NCBI GenBank assembly: GCA_964553795.1
Contig: CAZKMR010000004.1
Location: 53,621-117,620, forward strand
DNA length: 64,000 nucleotides
Direction of reading: 5' to 3'
From: an uncultured Bifidobacterium sp.
Lineage (GTDB): Bacteria > Verrucomicrobiota > Verrucomicrobiia > Limisphaerales > JADLHS01
Part shown: piece after piece, positions 55,366-64,000 of the stretch
Position numbering within the stretch: the stretch's first letter is position 1
How the letters are laid out: each line of letters opens with the position of its first letter
Translations under genes and position numbers: made by a program
The notes under the pieces: model-generated
What the model saw: the letters and a program-made list of their open reading frames with translations, nothing else
Told to the model about the DNA's origin: nothing
Databases searched by the model: none

Positions 55366-57927
55366 TTATTGCGGCACGAGCCGGTAAAACCGTTGCGCAT
55401 TCGTCGCCGCAAAATCCACGAAATACGAGCGCGCCGCCGGCGTGGTGAGCGGCGCCAGCAAATTCCAATTCGTGAGCCGCAAATCGCTCGCGTGTTGGAG
55501 CGAGAAAGTCGCACCTGGCGCACAATCAATGACCAGCAACGGCAACGGCCCGAAAACGCTCGGCGCAAACTCCAGTTGAAAGATGGCGACCGGCGCCGCG
55601 GGACTGGTCACGATTCCAAACGCATTACTGGCGAGCACGTCGTAAAGTCCCACCCGGGCCAGCGTCAGATTGGTCACGAGCAATTGCGGGTTGGTCGCGC
55701 CCGCTATTACGGTGGAGTTCAAGCGCCATTGATAGCGAATGGGACCGATGCCCGTCGTCAACGCACTCAAAGCCGCATTATTTCCCAAGCTCAAACTGCT
55801 GCCACGCGGTATTTCGGTAAAGATAGGCAACTGACTCACGGGCACACCCGGCACAAAGTTCGCATAAACGAGCTTGCTGCCGTTCATCGTCAGCGGCAGC
55901 GGATTGGTCGTGCCACTCGCGTCGCCGCTCCAGTGCGAGAACACGCGATTCGACGTGTTCCATGCGGTCAACGTAACGACGGCGTCATTCGTGTAAACGT
56001 TCAGTGCGGGATTCGCCTGAATGCTGCCGCCATTCACCGGCAGTGCCACGAGCGACACCTGATTGCTGTTCAAGCTGGCAAACAAAGCCGTCAACCCGGA
56101 AGCATTGGTGACCGTGAGCGTCACCGGATTATTGAAACTGGTGAGTAAACCCGCCCAACCGAAAAAGTAACTGCCTGGATCGGGTCGCGCGGTAAGGGTG
56201 ACCACTGACCCATACGGGAACGGTGTTGCAATCGGGTCGGTTTCCACGCTGCCCTGCGAATAATTGGTGTTGAGATTGAGCGTCGTGCCAAACACCGCTT
56301 GCACGAAATTGGATTGATTCATGACCACCGAAGTTTCCGCGTTCGTGCCGCTGGCCGCGCCAGTCCAATGCATGAAAACCCAACCTTCACTCGGCGTTGC
56401 GGTCAACGTCACCACCGTATTGCTCAGGTAACTGTTGGTGCTGAGATCCGCCGCCGGCATCCGCGTCACCGTTCCGCCGGGTGCTTGCACGAGCAGCGAA
56501 TACGTCGGGATTACTTGCACATTCACCGTCGCCGCTTCGGCTTTGTCGGTGACCAATGTGTTGTACGCCACCGCCCGAAGCGTCACACTGTTTGAAACCA
56601 CGAACGGCGCGGCATACTGCGGCGACGTAAAATCCGGCGTGCTGCCGTCCAACGTATAGTGCAAGCGTGGATAAGCGTTCGTGGTCGCGAGCAAAGTAAT
56701 CGTCGCCGCATTTGTCCGCACCACCGGCCCGCCACCGATGCTCGCGCCATTCACCAAAACACTCGGCGCATTGCTCAACCGCAGTGTGGTACTCAAGCTG
56801 GCACTTCGCACTAGGTTGGTAACGACCAACGCATAAGCTCCCGCGCGACTGAATGTGAAGTTGGTAACGGTGAGACTGGCATTGGTTTCCCCCACCAAAG
56901 GCGTGCCATTAAACCACCATTGCATCGTGTATTCGCTCCCGGACAAAACCGTGGCATTGATGGTGTAGTTGGCGCTCGGCGGCAAGGTGATATTGGTCGG
57001 CGGTACGGTGACGAATCGCGGCGCGAGGTCCACCGCGAGATTAATCTGATTGCCCGCGTCAAAATCCGTGAGGTTCGCAGCATTGGTGGGGTTGGCCGCT
57101 TGGCCGGATGTGGACAATCCCCAACCCAGAAAGGTTCCGTCACTGCGCTTGGCCAGGCTGTGCAACCACCCCGCCGAGATGGCGACGGCGTTGGTCAGTT
57201 GCAACGGTGTGGTCGATTGCCCAAAAGCGTTGTCGCCCCAACCGACCACCACGCCGTTGGAGCGCAACGCCAGCGCGTGGGTGAAGCTCGCCGAAATCGC
57301 CATCACATTCGTGAGGCCCGCCGGCAAATTGGTCAAACCGTTAATCGCCGTGCCCCAGGCGATCACCGTCCCGTCAGCGCGTAGTGCAATTGTTCCCGAC
57401 GAGCCCGCGGCAATCGCGGTCACATTGGTCGCGGTCGCCGGCACGCTGGTGAGCGAAGCCGTGCCCCACGCCACCACCGTGCCGTTGCTGCGAAGCGCCA
57501 CGCTGTGATCCGCACCCGCTGCAATCGCCATCGCGTCATTCAACGTCGGCGGCACATTCGTTTGGCCTAACGCATGACGCCCCCAGGCCACCACCGTCCC
57601 ATCGTTCCGCAACGCCACACTGTGTTGCGCGCCGGCACTGATGGCGACCACATTGCTTAAACCCGGCGGCTGATTGGTAATTTGCCCGTGCGTATTGTTT
57701 CCCCAGGAAACCACCGTTCCGTCCATCCGTAACGCGAGACCGTGAAATCCGCCCACCGAAATTTGCGTGATCGGCCCGATCGCGGCCGCGGAATTCGTCG
57801 TGATCTCGTTGGCCACGCCCCAGGCGTAAAACAATCCCGGGATTTCCGCCGCGCGATTGCACAAAGGCAGAAATCCTCCCAGCAGCAACAAGCTGATGGT
57901 CAGAAATGATGAAGTTCGCTCCCGCAT
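55366..57927 (-). CDS. Secreted RCC1-repeat beta-propeller protein with Ig-like and three InlB-B-repeat-like domains and C-terminal ...RFYRL module
   Basis: About 7 repeats of the type [22 protein letters not shown]. Three units fit G.V...P...Y..G..VTLTA.P..G..F..W.G (for example [20 protein letters not shown]). The Met at 57927 was chosen (signal-like [10 protein letters not shown]). Confidence 0.82.
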   Translation of the reverse strand: MRERTSSFLTISLLLLGGFLPLCNRAAEIPGLFYAWGVANEITTNSAAAIGPITQISVGGFHGLALRMDGTVVSWGNNTHGQITNQPPGLSNVVAISAGAQHSVALRNDGTVVAWGRHALGQTNVPPTLNDAMAIAAGADHSVALRSNGTVVAWGTASLTSVPATATNVTAIAAGSSGTIALRADGTVIAWGTAINGLTNLPAGLTNVMAISASFTHALALRSNGVVVGWGDNAFGQSTTPLQLTNAVAISAGWLHSLAKRSDGTFLGWGLSTSGQAANPTNAANLTDFDAGNQINLAVDLAPRFVTVPPTNITLPPSANYTINATVLSGSEYTMQWWFNGTPLVGETNASLTVTNFTFSRAGAYALVVTNLVRSASLSTTLRLSNAPSVLVNGASIGGGPVVRTNAATITLLATTNAYPRLHYTLDGSTPDFTSPQYAAPFVVSNSVTLRAVAYNTLVTDKAEAATVNVQVIPTYSLLVQAPGGTVTRMPAADLSTNSYLSNTVVTLTATPSEGWVFMHWTGAASGTNAETSVVMNQSNFVQAVFGTTLNLNTNYSQGSVETDPIATPFPYGSVVTLTARPDPGSYFFGWAGLLTSFNNPVTLTVTNASGLTALFASLNSNQVSLVALPVNGGSIQANPALNVYTNDAVVTLTAWNTSNRVFSHWSGDASGTTNPLPLTMNGSKLVYANFVPGVPVSQLPIFTEIPRGSSLSLGNNAALSALTTGIGPIRYQWRLNSTVIAGATNPQLLVTNLTLARVGLYDVLASNAFGIVTSPAAPVAIFQLEFAPSVFGPLPLLVIDCAPGATFSLQHASDLRLTNWNLLAPLTTPAARSYFVDFAATNAQRFYRLVPQ

Positions 57928-58024
57928 TGCGCCTGCCAGTGTGGGAAACTTCCGCGCCGCCGCAATTGAAAATGTTCGCGACGCTCCGCAACGCCGTGTA
58001 ACGTGCGCGGCACGGATTCGCGTC

Positions 58025-58822
58025 ATGGCATTCTCATTCACATTTCTCGGCAGCGGCACTTCCCTGGGCGTGCCCGTCATCGGCAAGGATTATCCGCCGG
58101 AATTTTTGGCCAACCCCAAAAACTGGCGCACCCGCTCGTCCATCTACGTCCGCACTGACGCCGTCAGCTTTCTGATTGATACTTCGCCGGAATTACGCCT
58201 GCAATGCTTGCGCGAAAACATTCGCCAGGTGGATGCGGTGCTGTTCACCCACGGACACGCCGACCACATCATGGGCCTAGACGATTGCCGGCGCTTTTGC
58301 GATTTGCGCGGCGGAACAACGCTCCCCATTTACGGCAGCCCGCAAACCATGGACGACTTGCGCCGCGTCTTCAAATACGCCTTTCATCGCGGCCCGTGGC
58401 CCAAAGGTTATTTCATGCCCGAGGAACGCGTCGTCACCGGACCGTTCACTCTGGGCGATCTCGAAATCACGCCGCTCACCCTGCCGCACGGCCGCTTGGA
58501 TTCCACCGGTTATCTTTTCACACAGAACGGCCAGAAACGCCTCGCCTATCTGAACGATTGCAAAGAAGTCCCTGAACCGGCGCTGGAACTCGTGCGGGGC
58601 GCGGAAATCGCCGTGCTCGATGCGCTGCGGCACGCCCCGCATCCCACGCACATGTGCCTCGATGAAGCGCTCACCACGGCGCGACGCATCGGCGCCGCGC
58701 GCACGTATCTCACCCATCTGACGCACGATTACGACCACGACCAAGCGCAGGCGGAATTGCCGCCGGGCATCTGGTTTGCCTGGGACGGCTTGAGAGTGGA
58801 TACTGCCGACCAACCCAAATGA
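58025..58822 (+). CDS. MBL-fold metallo-hydrolase (PhnP/GPMB-like)
   Basis: [11 protein letters not shown] and the HGHADH (HxHxDH) motif. The ATG at 58025 was chosen. Confidence 0.85.
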   Translation: MAFSFTFLGSGTSLGVPVIGKDYPPEFLANPKNWRTRSSIYVRTDAVSFLIDTSPELRLQCLRENIRQVDAVLFTHGHADHIMGLDDCRRFCDLRGGTTLPIYGSPQTMDDLRRVFKYAFHRGPWPKGYFMPEERVVTGPFTLGDLEITPLTLPHGRLDSTGYLFTQNGQKRLAYLNDCKEVPEPALELVRGAEIAVLDALRHAPHPTHMCLDEALTTARRIGAARTYLTHLTHDYDHDQAQAELPPGIWFAWDGLRVDTADQPK

Positions 58823-58843
58823 TTCGCAGGCACGGACGCCGAC

Positions 58844-60451
58844 ATGACCATCGCCCAAACTCGTAGTTCAATTTTCTTCGTCGCATTTTTTTTCTTCGGC
58901 TTGCTATCCGCCAGCGGCAACGGTTCGGAGGTGGTCGTCATCTTCAACTCCAATTTGCCGGAGTCTAAATCCCTCGCCTACTACTACGCCCGTCAACGCG
59001 AGGTACCGCCAACACAAGTCATCGGGTTTGATTTGCCCGACGGCGAAATCATCTCCCGCAGCGAATTCAATCGTCGCCTGCAACACCCACTCGCGCGCAA
59101 ACTCGAATCGCTCAAACTCTGGCGGCTCGGCAAAGGTGATTTGCCCGGGACGAATCAGGTTCACTTCCGCTCCAATCGCAAAGTTGTCGAATCGAAAATC
59201 CGCTACGCCGTTCTCTGTTACGGCGTCCCGCCGATCATTCAAAATGATCCCGGTCTCTCCGAACCGGCGGCCGAGAAAATGCGCCCCGAACTGCGCCGCA
59301 ATGAAGCCGCCGTGGACAGCGAACTCGCCTGTCTGCCGTTGCGCGCCCATGGTTATCCGCTCACCGGCCCGCATCTCAATCCGCTCTACGCCACGACCAA
59401 CGCGTTGGAACTTCATCCCACCAACGGCGTGCTCCTCGTGGCGCGACTCGACGGTCCGACTCCCGAAATGGCTCGTCGTCTCGTGGACCAAGCTTTGCAA
59501 GCCGAGACCAATGGACTGTGGGGCCGCGCTTACTTTGATGTGCGCAATATTCCTGACCCCGGTTACAAACCCGGCGACGACTGGATTCGCAACGCCGCCA
59601 TGCTCGCCACGAAAATGGGGTTCGACACCGTGGTGGACGAAAACAGCGATACCTTCCCGGCCAGCTTTCCCATGAGCCAAATCGCCCTCTACATGGGTTG
59701 GTATCGCGAACACGTCAGCGGCCCGTTCACTCTGCCGCAAGTTGAATTCAGGCCAGGCGCGTTTGCCTATCATTTGCACAGCTTCAGCGCCAACACCCTG
59801 CGCAGCACGAATCGGCATTGGGTTGGCCCCTTCGTGGCGCAAGGCGTCACCTGCACTATGGGCGCAGTCGCTGAACCTTATCTTAGCGGCACGCCCGAAC
59901 TCGCGGTCTTTGCCAGTCGCTGGATGTATCTCGCCTTCACCTTCGGCGAGGCCGCCTACGCGGCGCAACCGCTGCTCTCCTGGCAAATCACGGTCGTGGG
60001 CGATCCGCTCTATCGCCCGTTCGGGAAAAACTTGTCCGAGCAACACCTCGCTTTTCTTTCCGCCACCAATGCTCTCGCCGAATGGTCGCTCCAACGCATC
60101 GTCAACCTCAGTCGCCTCAACAACGCCAGCCCGGTGGAATTGGCCACCGCGCTCGAAGAAACTCCCCTGACCCGTACCAGCGCTGTCTTGACCGAGAAAC
60201 TCGCCGAACTCTACGACGCCCAAGGCAAACCCGCGTCCACCATCGCCACGTATCAACGTGCGCTCAACCTCGACCCCACGCCGCAACAACGGATTCGCTT
60301 GCGCTTAACGCTGGGCGAAAAACTCACGACCGCTGGCCGCACGGCGGAAGCGCGCGCCAATTACGAACGATTGCTGGAAGAAAATCCAACCTACCCCAAT
60401 GAAGTTATCATCCGCCAGAAAATCGCGGCTTTGACCGAGAAAGCGAACTAA
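58844..60451 (+). CDS. Secreted conserved hypothetical protein with C-terminal TPR repeats (resembles the TIGR03790-type family; name from memory, unverified)
   Basis: Signal-like N-terminus IFFVAFFFFGLLSASG. VVVIFNSNLPESKSLAYYYARQREVP. The C-terminus YDAQGKPASTIATYQRALNLDP...ARANYERLLEENP is TPR-like. Confidence 0.7.
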   Translation: MTIAQTRSSIFFVAFFFFGLLSASGNGSEVVVIFNSNLPESKSLAYYYARQREVPPTQVIGFDLPDGEIISRSEFNRRLQHPLARKLESLKLWRLGKGDLPGTNQVHFRSNRKVVESKIRYAVLCYGVPPIIQNDPGLSEPAAEKMRPELRRNEAAVDSELACLPLRAHGYPLTGPHLNPLYATTNALELHPTNGVLLVARLDGPTPEMARRLVDQALQAETNGLWGRAYFDVRNIPDPGYKPGDDWIRNAAMLATKMGFDTVVDENSDTFPASFPMSQIALYMGWYREHVSGPFTLPQVEFRPGAFAYHLHSFSANTLRSTNRHWVGPFVAQGVTCTMGAVAEPYLSGTPELAVFASRWMYLAFTFGEAAYAAQPLLSWQITVVGDPLYRPFGKNLSEQHLAFLSATNALAEWSLQRIVNLSRLNNASPVELATALEETPLTRTSAVLTEKLAELYDAQGKPASTIATYQRALNLDPTPQQRIRLRLTLGEKLTTAGRTAEARANYERLLEENPTYPNEVIIRQKIAALTEKAN

Positions 60452-60579
60452 ACCTCTTTCTGATGCTGTCCGTTCAAAACACCGCTGGACAGCGAATTAC
60501 CACAGAAATACAGTCTGCGCATGAAACGAGAAGGCCCGCAACGGTTGCGGTCACTGATGTGTTAGACCACGCAACGCAC

Positions 60580-60900
60580 ATGGACATTTCCTCAATTCAC
60601 TTTCACGATACGCAGATTCTCCGCGTCGTTGAGGATTGCCTCGCTGACACACTGACGATGGAGGTTGATTATCCAGTGGATTGGAAGCGCAACGTCTTCG
60701 AGAAGCGTTTTCTCGTTTTCGAGGATGTTCATGGTTATCAAACTTTTGAGGGACCGTTTCAAGGATGCCCTACGATTTTGGATGCCTTCATCATTGGTTC
60801 AGAAGACAGATGGAGCAAATTGAGGCTCGAAACTAATGCCGGACACCGAGAGCTCAGTTGCACTGGTGTCAGACTTTGTGAACATGACCGTGAGAACTAG
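60580..60900 (+). CDS. Orphan hypothetical protein in a low-GC islet
   Basis: ORF 60463-60900. The Met at 60580 is preferred. A/T-rich third codon positions are unlike the neighbouring genes. I recognise no family. Confidence 0.5.
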   Translation: MDISSIHFHDTQILRVVEDCLADTLTMEVDYPVDWKRNVFEKRFLVFEDVHGYQTFEGPFQGCPTILDAFIIGSEDRWSKLRLETNAGHRELSCTGVRLCEHDREN

Positions 60901-60962
60901 CCGATAGAAAAGCCGAATCCGAAATCTTACTGTTCGCCAATACGATATCCAGCGCGCAGATG

Positions 60963-62558
60963 TTACCAATCCGTCGGCACGTAGTCCTTCAAAAACTTGC
61001 CCCAGAAGTGTTCGCCAGAGTTAAAGCCGGCGATGATCGGATCCACAATCCGCGCCGCGCCGTCCACAATGTCCAACGGCGGATGAAAGCGATGCTCCGC
61101 CGTCTTGCGTGTCGCGATATGCACCGGATCTTCGTCGGTCACCCAACCGGTGTCCACCGCGTTCATGTGAATGCCGTCCGCGTGATAATCCGCCGCCGCC
61201 GTGCGCGTCATCATGTTCAACGCGGCTTTCGCCATGTTCGTATGCGGGTGGCGCGTCGTCTTGAACTTGCGGTAAAACTGCCCTTCCACGGCGGAGACAT
61301 TGACGATGTGTTTGTCGCGTGACGGCGTGGTCATCATCAGCGGCTTCAAGCGCGCATTGAGAATGAACGGCGCGACGGCGTTGACGAGTTGCACTTCGAG
61401 CAGTTCCACGGCGGGAACTTCGTGCATGCGCATGCGCCAGGAATTGTGTTCGCGCAAATCCACCTGCTGCAAATCCTGGTCAAGCTGGCCCTGCGGAAAC
61501 AACGCCTGTTGCGCGGCAAGTTCCTCAGGCAACAACGGCACTTGCGACAGCGCGGCGGCGTGAGTGAGGCCCGCGAGTGAAGCTTCGTTTGATTTGGTAG
61601 GGACGCGCTGCCGCGCGTCCAAGCCGACCAGCAGGTCGGCCCTACCCCCCTCCGGCAACATATGATAACCGCGTAGTCCTTCATACGCTCCGAGGAGCTT
61701 CCGCGCGTCCTCCGGCAAGTCATGCAACGCGCCGTTCTCCCGCTCCATCATGTGCGCATAGAAATCCGGCGGTCGCCGCACGGTCTGACATGCGTTGTTG
61801 ATGATGAAATCCAGCCGCGAATACTTCTTCATCATGTGCTGGCAAAACGCTTCGACACTCGGCGTGTGCCGCAAATCGAGTCCAAAGATTTCCAGTCGAT
61901 GTCCCCACTCCTTGAAATCCGGCTCTTGCGCGTAACGCGTTGCGGAGTCGCGCGGGAAACGCGTTGTCACCACGACCTGTGCGCCGGCACGTAGCAACTT
62001 TATCCCAGCTTGATAACCGATCTTCACGCGCCCGCCCGTGAGCAGCGCCACCCTGCCCCGCAAATCCGCGAGTTCCGTGCGCTTGCGGAAATTTAACTCG
62101 GCACACTTCGGACAAAGCTGATCGTAGAAATGATGAATCGTCGTGTAGTCCTTTTTGCAGATGTAACAGTTCTGCGGCTCGACGACCTCGCGAAACTCCG
62201 GATCGCTCTCTACTTCCTGCGGTTCAAGGTCCGGTGGCGGCGGTAGATTCGGGGTGGTGAAAACGGGCTTCGCGCGAAGTTTTCGGATTCCCGTTTCATT
62301 AAGCTGCGATTGGTCGCGCTGCACCTTCTGCTGTTTGCGCTGCTTGGAAGTTTCCTTCACCAACCGGCGCCGTGCGCGAACGTCGGGACAATAAACATCG
62401 CCCGCGGCCTTGAGCAGGCGCGTGCGTTCTTCCTGGGAAAGTTCGGCCAGAACGGCGCGGTCCGACGCCGCGCGTTCAAGCAATTCAGCGGCAGCACGCA
62501 ATTGCGCGGCCAGTTCAGCGCGATCAGTTTTCTTTCCGTTCACGGATTGATTCGACAT
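60963..62558 (-). CDS. SDR-family oxidoreductase with about 190-aa N-terminal extension (basic helical region + CxxC...CxxC zinc ribbon)
   Basis: Rossmann motif [16 protein letters not shown], and SAVEG...AKAAL...NAVDTGWV. Upstream CYICKK...CPKC. The Met at 62558 (MSNQSVNG) was chosen because the ORF-track extension runs into repeat DNA. Confidence 0.8.
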   Translation of the reverse strand: MSNQSVNGKKTDRAELAAQLRAAAELLERAASDRAVLAELSQEERTRLLKAAGDVYCPDVRARRRLVKETSKQRKQQKVQRDQSQLNETGIRKLRAKPVFTTPNLPPPPDLEPQEVESDPEFREVVEPQNCYICKKDYTTIHHFYDQLCPKCAELNFRKRTELADLRGRVALLTGGRVKIGYQAGIKLLRAGAQVVVTTRFPRDSATRYAQEPDFKEWGHRLEIFGLDLRHTPSVEAFCQHMMKKYSRLDFIINNACQTVRRPPDFYAHMMERENGALHDLPEDARKLLGAYEGLRGYHMLPEGGRADLLVGLDARQRVPTKSNEASLAGLTHAAALSQVPLLPEELAAQQALFPQGQLDQDLQQVDLREHNSWRMRMHEVPAVELLEVQLVNAVAPFILNARLKPLMMTTPSRDKHIVNVSAVEGQFYRKFKTTRHPHTNMAKAALNMMTRTAAADYHADGIHMNAVDTGWVTDEDPVHIATRKTAEHRFHPPLDIVDGAARIVDPIIAGFNSGEHFWGKFLKDYVPTDW

Positions 62559-62690
62559 CGGTTGTCTTTGCGCCGCGAAATGACGGCGCAGAACCGTGAA
62601 GGCTAAACTGAACCCAACCGCCGTCAAGTGTGGTTCAGGAGTGCGGACGATCTCGAGTGTGATCAAAAGCGGGTGAAGAACCCTGGTGGA

Positions 62691-62805
62691 AATGGTCGCG
62701 CTGCGACCATTCCGCCCGCGTAGCAGCGGGCGGAATTCAGGGATGGCGCGAGCGTTTCCGAACCGTGCCGCTGAACGCGGTGCGACTTGCCGCAGCGCGG
62801 CAAGT
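62691..62805 (+). repeat. Three-hairpin structured repeat family C, copy 2
   Basis: Hairpins AATGGTCGC-GCT-GCGACCATT (62691-62711), ATTCCGCCCGC-N6-GCGGGCGGAAT (62709-62736) and ACTTGCCGC-AGC-GCGGCAAGT (62785-62805). Confidence 0.8.
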
Positions 62806-62860
62806 TCTACCCACTTTTAATCACACCCGACGGTCTTGGGCGCGTGCCACTGGTCCGCGA

Positions 62861-62995
62861 TTGTCCCGGAGGGACAAAACCTGAATAACCGTGGGCGATA
62901 GCCCACGGAATAGGCACAAAGCACATTCGACCCCGCAGGGGTCGCATCATTCTCCTGCTCACCGTGGGTTTGCACCCACGGCTATTCATGTTCAG
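62861..62995. repeat. Multi-hairpin block (family D)
   Basis: Hairpins TTGTCCC-GGA-GGGACAA (62861-62877), CCGTGGGC-GATA-GCCCACGG (62889-62908), CGACCCC-GCA-GGGGTCG (62928-62944) and CCGTGGGT-TTGC-ACCCACGG (62962-62981). GAATAG/CTATTC flank the block. Confidence 0.7.
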
Positions 62996-63210
62996 CTGCT
63001 TGGCAGCCAAAAGTCGAGGGCAGTGCCGAAATGCGCCCAAAGGTCTCCGTCCGCAGCATGATTACCCGAACAGACGTGGGTAGCACTTCGCGAGGGCTTC
63101 GAGCAGACGATGTGGCTGCTGGGACGGCTCACGGTCCAGATCACCAGAAATGGCGGTGCGACCGGGATTGGCCGTCTATCGGTCAATCGGTTAGCATTTG
63201 GTCAAATCCG

Positions 63211-64000
63211 ATGATCACCGCGCGCGCCAAACTCATTCTTCTCGGGCTCTCCGTGTGCCTCCTTTTTTGCTGTCGTCTCACGATGGCCGAACCGTTCACC
63301 CAATCCCTCGCTGGTTCGTGGCGTTTCCAACCTGACCCGCGCGATCTGGGTCTGGAGGATAAATACTTCGCACGCGATCTCGAGGGCACGATCACGTTGC
63401 CCGGCATTCTTCAGGCGCAAGGTTACGGAAACGAAATCACCACGAATGCGCCGTGGGTACTGTCGCTCTACGACAAGCTCTGGTTCGAGCGCGAGGATTA
63501 CCAGTCTCACACGCAGCCCGGCAACGTGCGCGTGCCGTTTGTGAGTCAGCCCGAGCGACATTACCTCGGCGCGGCTTGGTATCAACGCGACATCGAAATC
63601 CCCAAGGAATGGGAAGGTCGGCGCGTGGTGTTGTTTCTGGAACGCACGCGCTGGGAAACGCGCGCGTGGCTCGATGACAAACTCGTCGGCACGAATCGCT
63701 CCCTTTGCACGCCGCATGAATTCGATTTCGGTATCGTGACGCCGGGCAAACATCGTCTCACCGTGCGCGTGGACAATCGGATGTTGATGAACTATCGCCC
63801 GGACGCGCACGCGGTCTCCGATTCGCTCGGCAGCACCTGGAATGGCATCGTCGGCAAGATCGAACTGCGCAGCACGCCGCCGGTGTGGATTGAGGAACTT
63901 CAAGCTTTTCCAGATGTTGCGCAAAATTCGGTCACCATTCGAGGCAGGATCGGCAACGCCACGAGCGAATCTCAAAACGCTACTTTAGTTCTCGGATTGC
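63211..64000 (+). CDS. Glycoside hydrolase family 2-like protein, N-terminal part (runs off the window; not in the supplied ORF track)
   Basis: My translation from the ATG at 63211 is MITARAKLILLGLSVCLLFCC...SLAGSWRFQPDPRDLG...AAWYQRDIEIPKEWEGRRVVLFLERTRWETRAWLDDKLVG...HEFDF. It has a signal peptide plus a GH2 sugar-binding-domain pattern. The frame is open to 64000. Confidence 0.75.
   Translation, partial: MITARAKLILLGLSVCLLFCCRLTMAEPFTQSLAGSWRFQPDPRDLGLEDKYFARDLEGTITLPGILQAQGYGNEITTNAPWVLSLYDKLWFEREDYQSHTQPGNVRVPFVSQPERHYLGAAWYQRDIEIPKEWEGRRVVLFLERTRWETRAWLDDKLVGTNRSLCTPHEFDFGIVTPGKHRLTVRVDNRMLMNYRPDAHAVSDSLGSTWNGIVGKIELRSTPPVWIEELQAFPDVAQNSVTIRGRIGNATSESQNATLVLGL

Noticed and set aside
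58904-60289. 461-aa minus-strand ORF
   Set aside because: It is antisense to the signal-peptide/TPR protein 58844-60451 and has R/G/E/F-rich shadow composition.
62559-63210. Known structured RNAs (RNase P, tmRNA, SRP, 6S, riboswitch) in the long intergenic regions (also 29621-30038 and 38948-39174)
   Set aside because: I could not find any of the conserved core motifs that I know for these RNAs. The hairpins are better explained as repeat families C and D. Only a covariance-model scan could settle it.
63202-63975. 257-aa minus-strand ORF
   Set aside because: It is the shadow of the GH2-like + strand gene that runs off the window (see the finding at 63211-64000).

Overview
This is a 64-kb high-GC bacterial chromosomal segment. 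The gene content includes a prepilin-like [12 protein letters not shown] protein, a giant CotH/lamin-tail/autotransporter-repeat protein, an RCC1-propeller protein, many glycoside hydrolases and WD40-linked signalling. That suggests a PVC-group organism, probably Verrucomicrobiota, but this is an inference I cannot verify here. I support about 55 protein genes, one tRNA and four families of structured intergenic repeats. I saw no rRNA, CRISPR array, integrase/transposase or recognisable defence enzyme. Layout: (1) 119-6759 is a pectin/hemicellulose-type locus: GH28-MFS-GH43 coupled by ATGA overlaps, a divergent XylR/AraC-type regulator and an esterase. (2) 6857-11751 holds a LemA-M48 peptidase pair and two tandem Wza-like export proteins. 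(3) rpoD and a tRNA(CAU). (4) 15271-20748 is a pta / DRTGG-domain / hisC / argA / LMW-phosphatase-like / L,D-transpeptidase chain. (5) uvsE, a Ser/Thr kinase, aguB, an RmlD-like reductase and an EVE-domain gene. (6) 25276-38947 looks accessory. It contains a histidine kinase with a WD40 propeller between its two TM helices, a four-helix-bundle gene cassette bounded by inverted heptamer tracts, and a REC-HTH regulator. A 418-bp leader with clustered GCACA/TGTGC palindromes follows, then ten same-strand genes that I cannot assign to any family. (7) yggS, a DMT/cupin/lipoprotein operon, a Zn-ribbon + WYL pair, pgm, tlpA and recN. (8) Three large secreted proteins: CotH giant, GH92 and RCC1. (9) An MBL hydrolase, a TPR protein, a low-GC orphan gene, an extended SDR, and a GH2-like ORF that runs off the window and is absent from the ORF track. 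The best candidate for an undescribed system is the two-component system plus the ten-gene envelope-protein cluster. Its function cannot be deduced from sequence alone, and I rate it as a candidate only.
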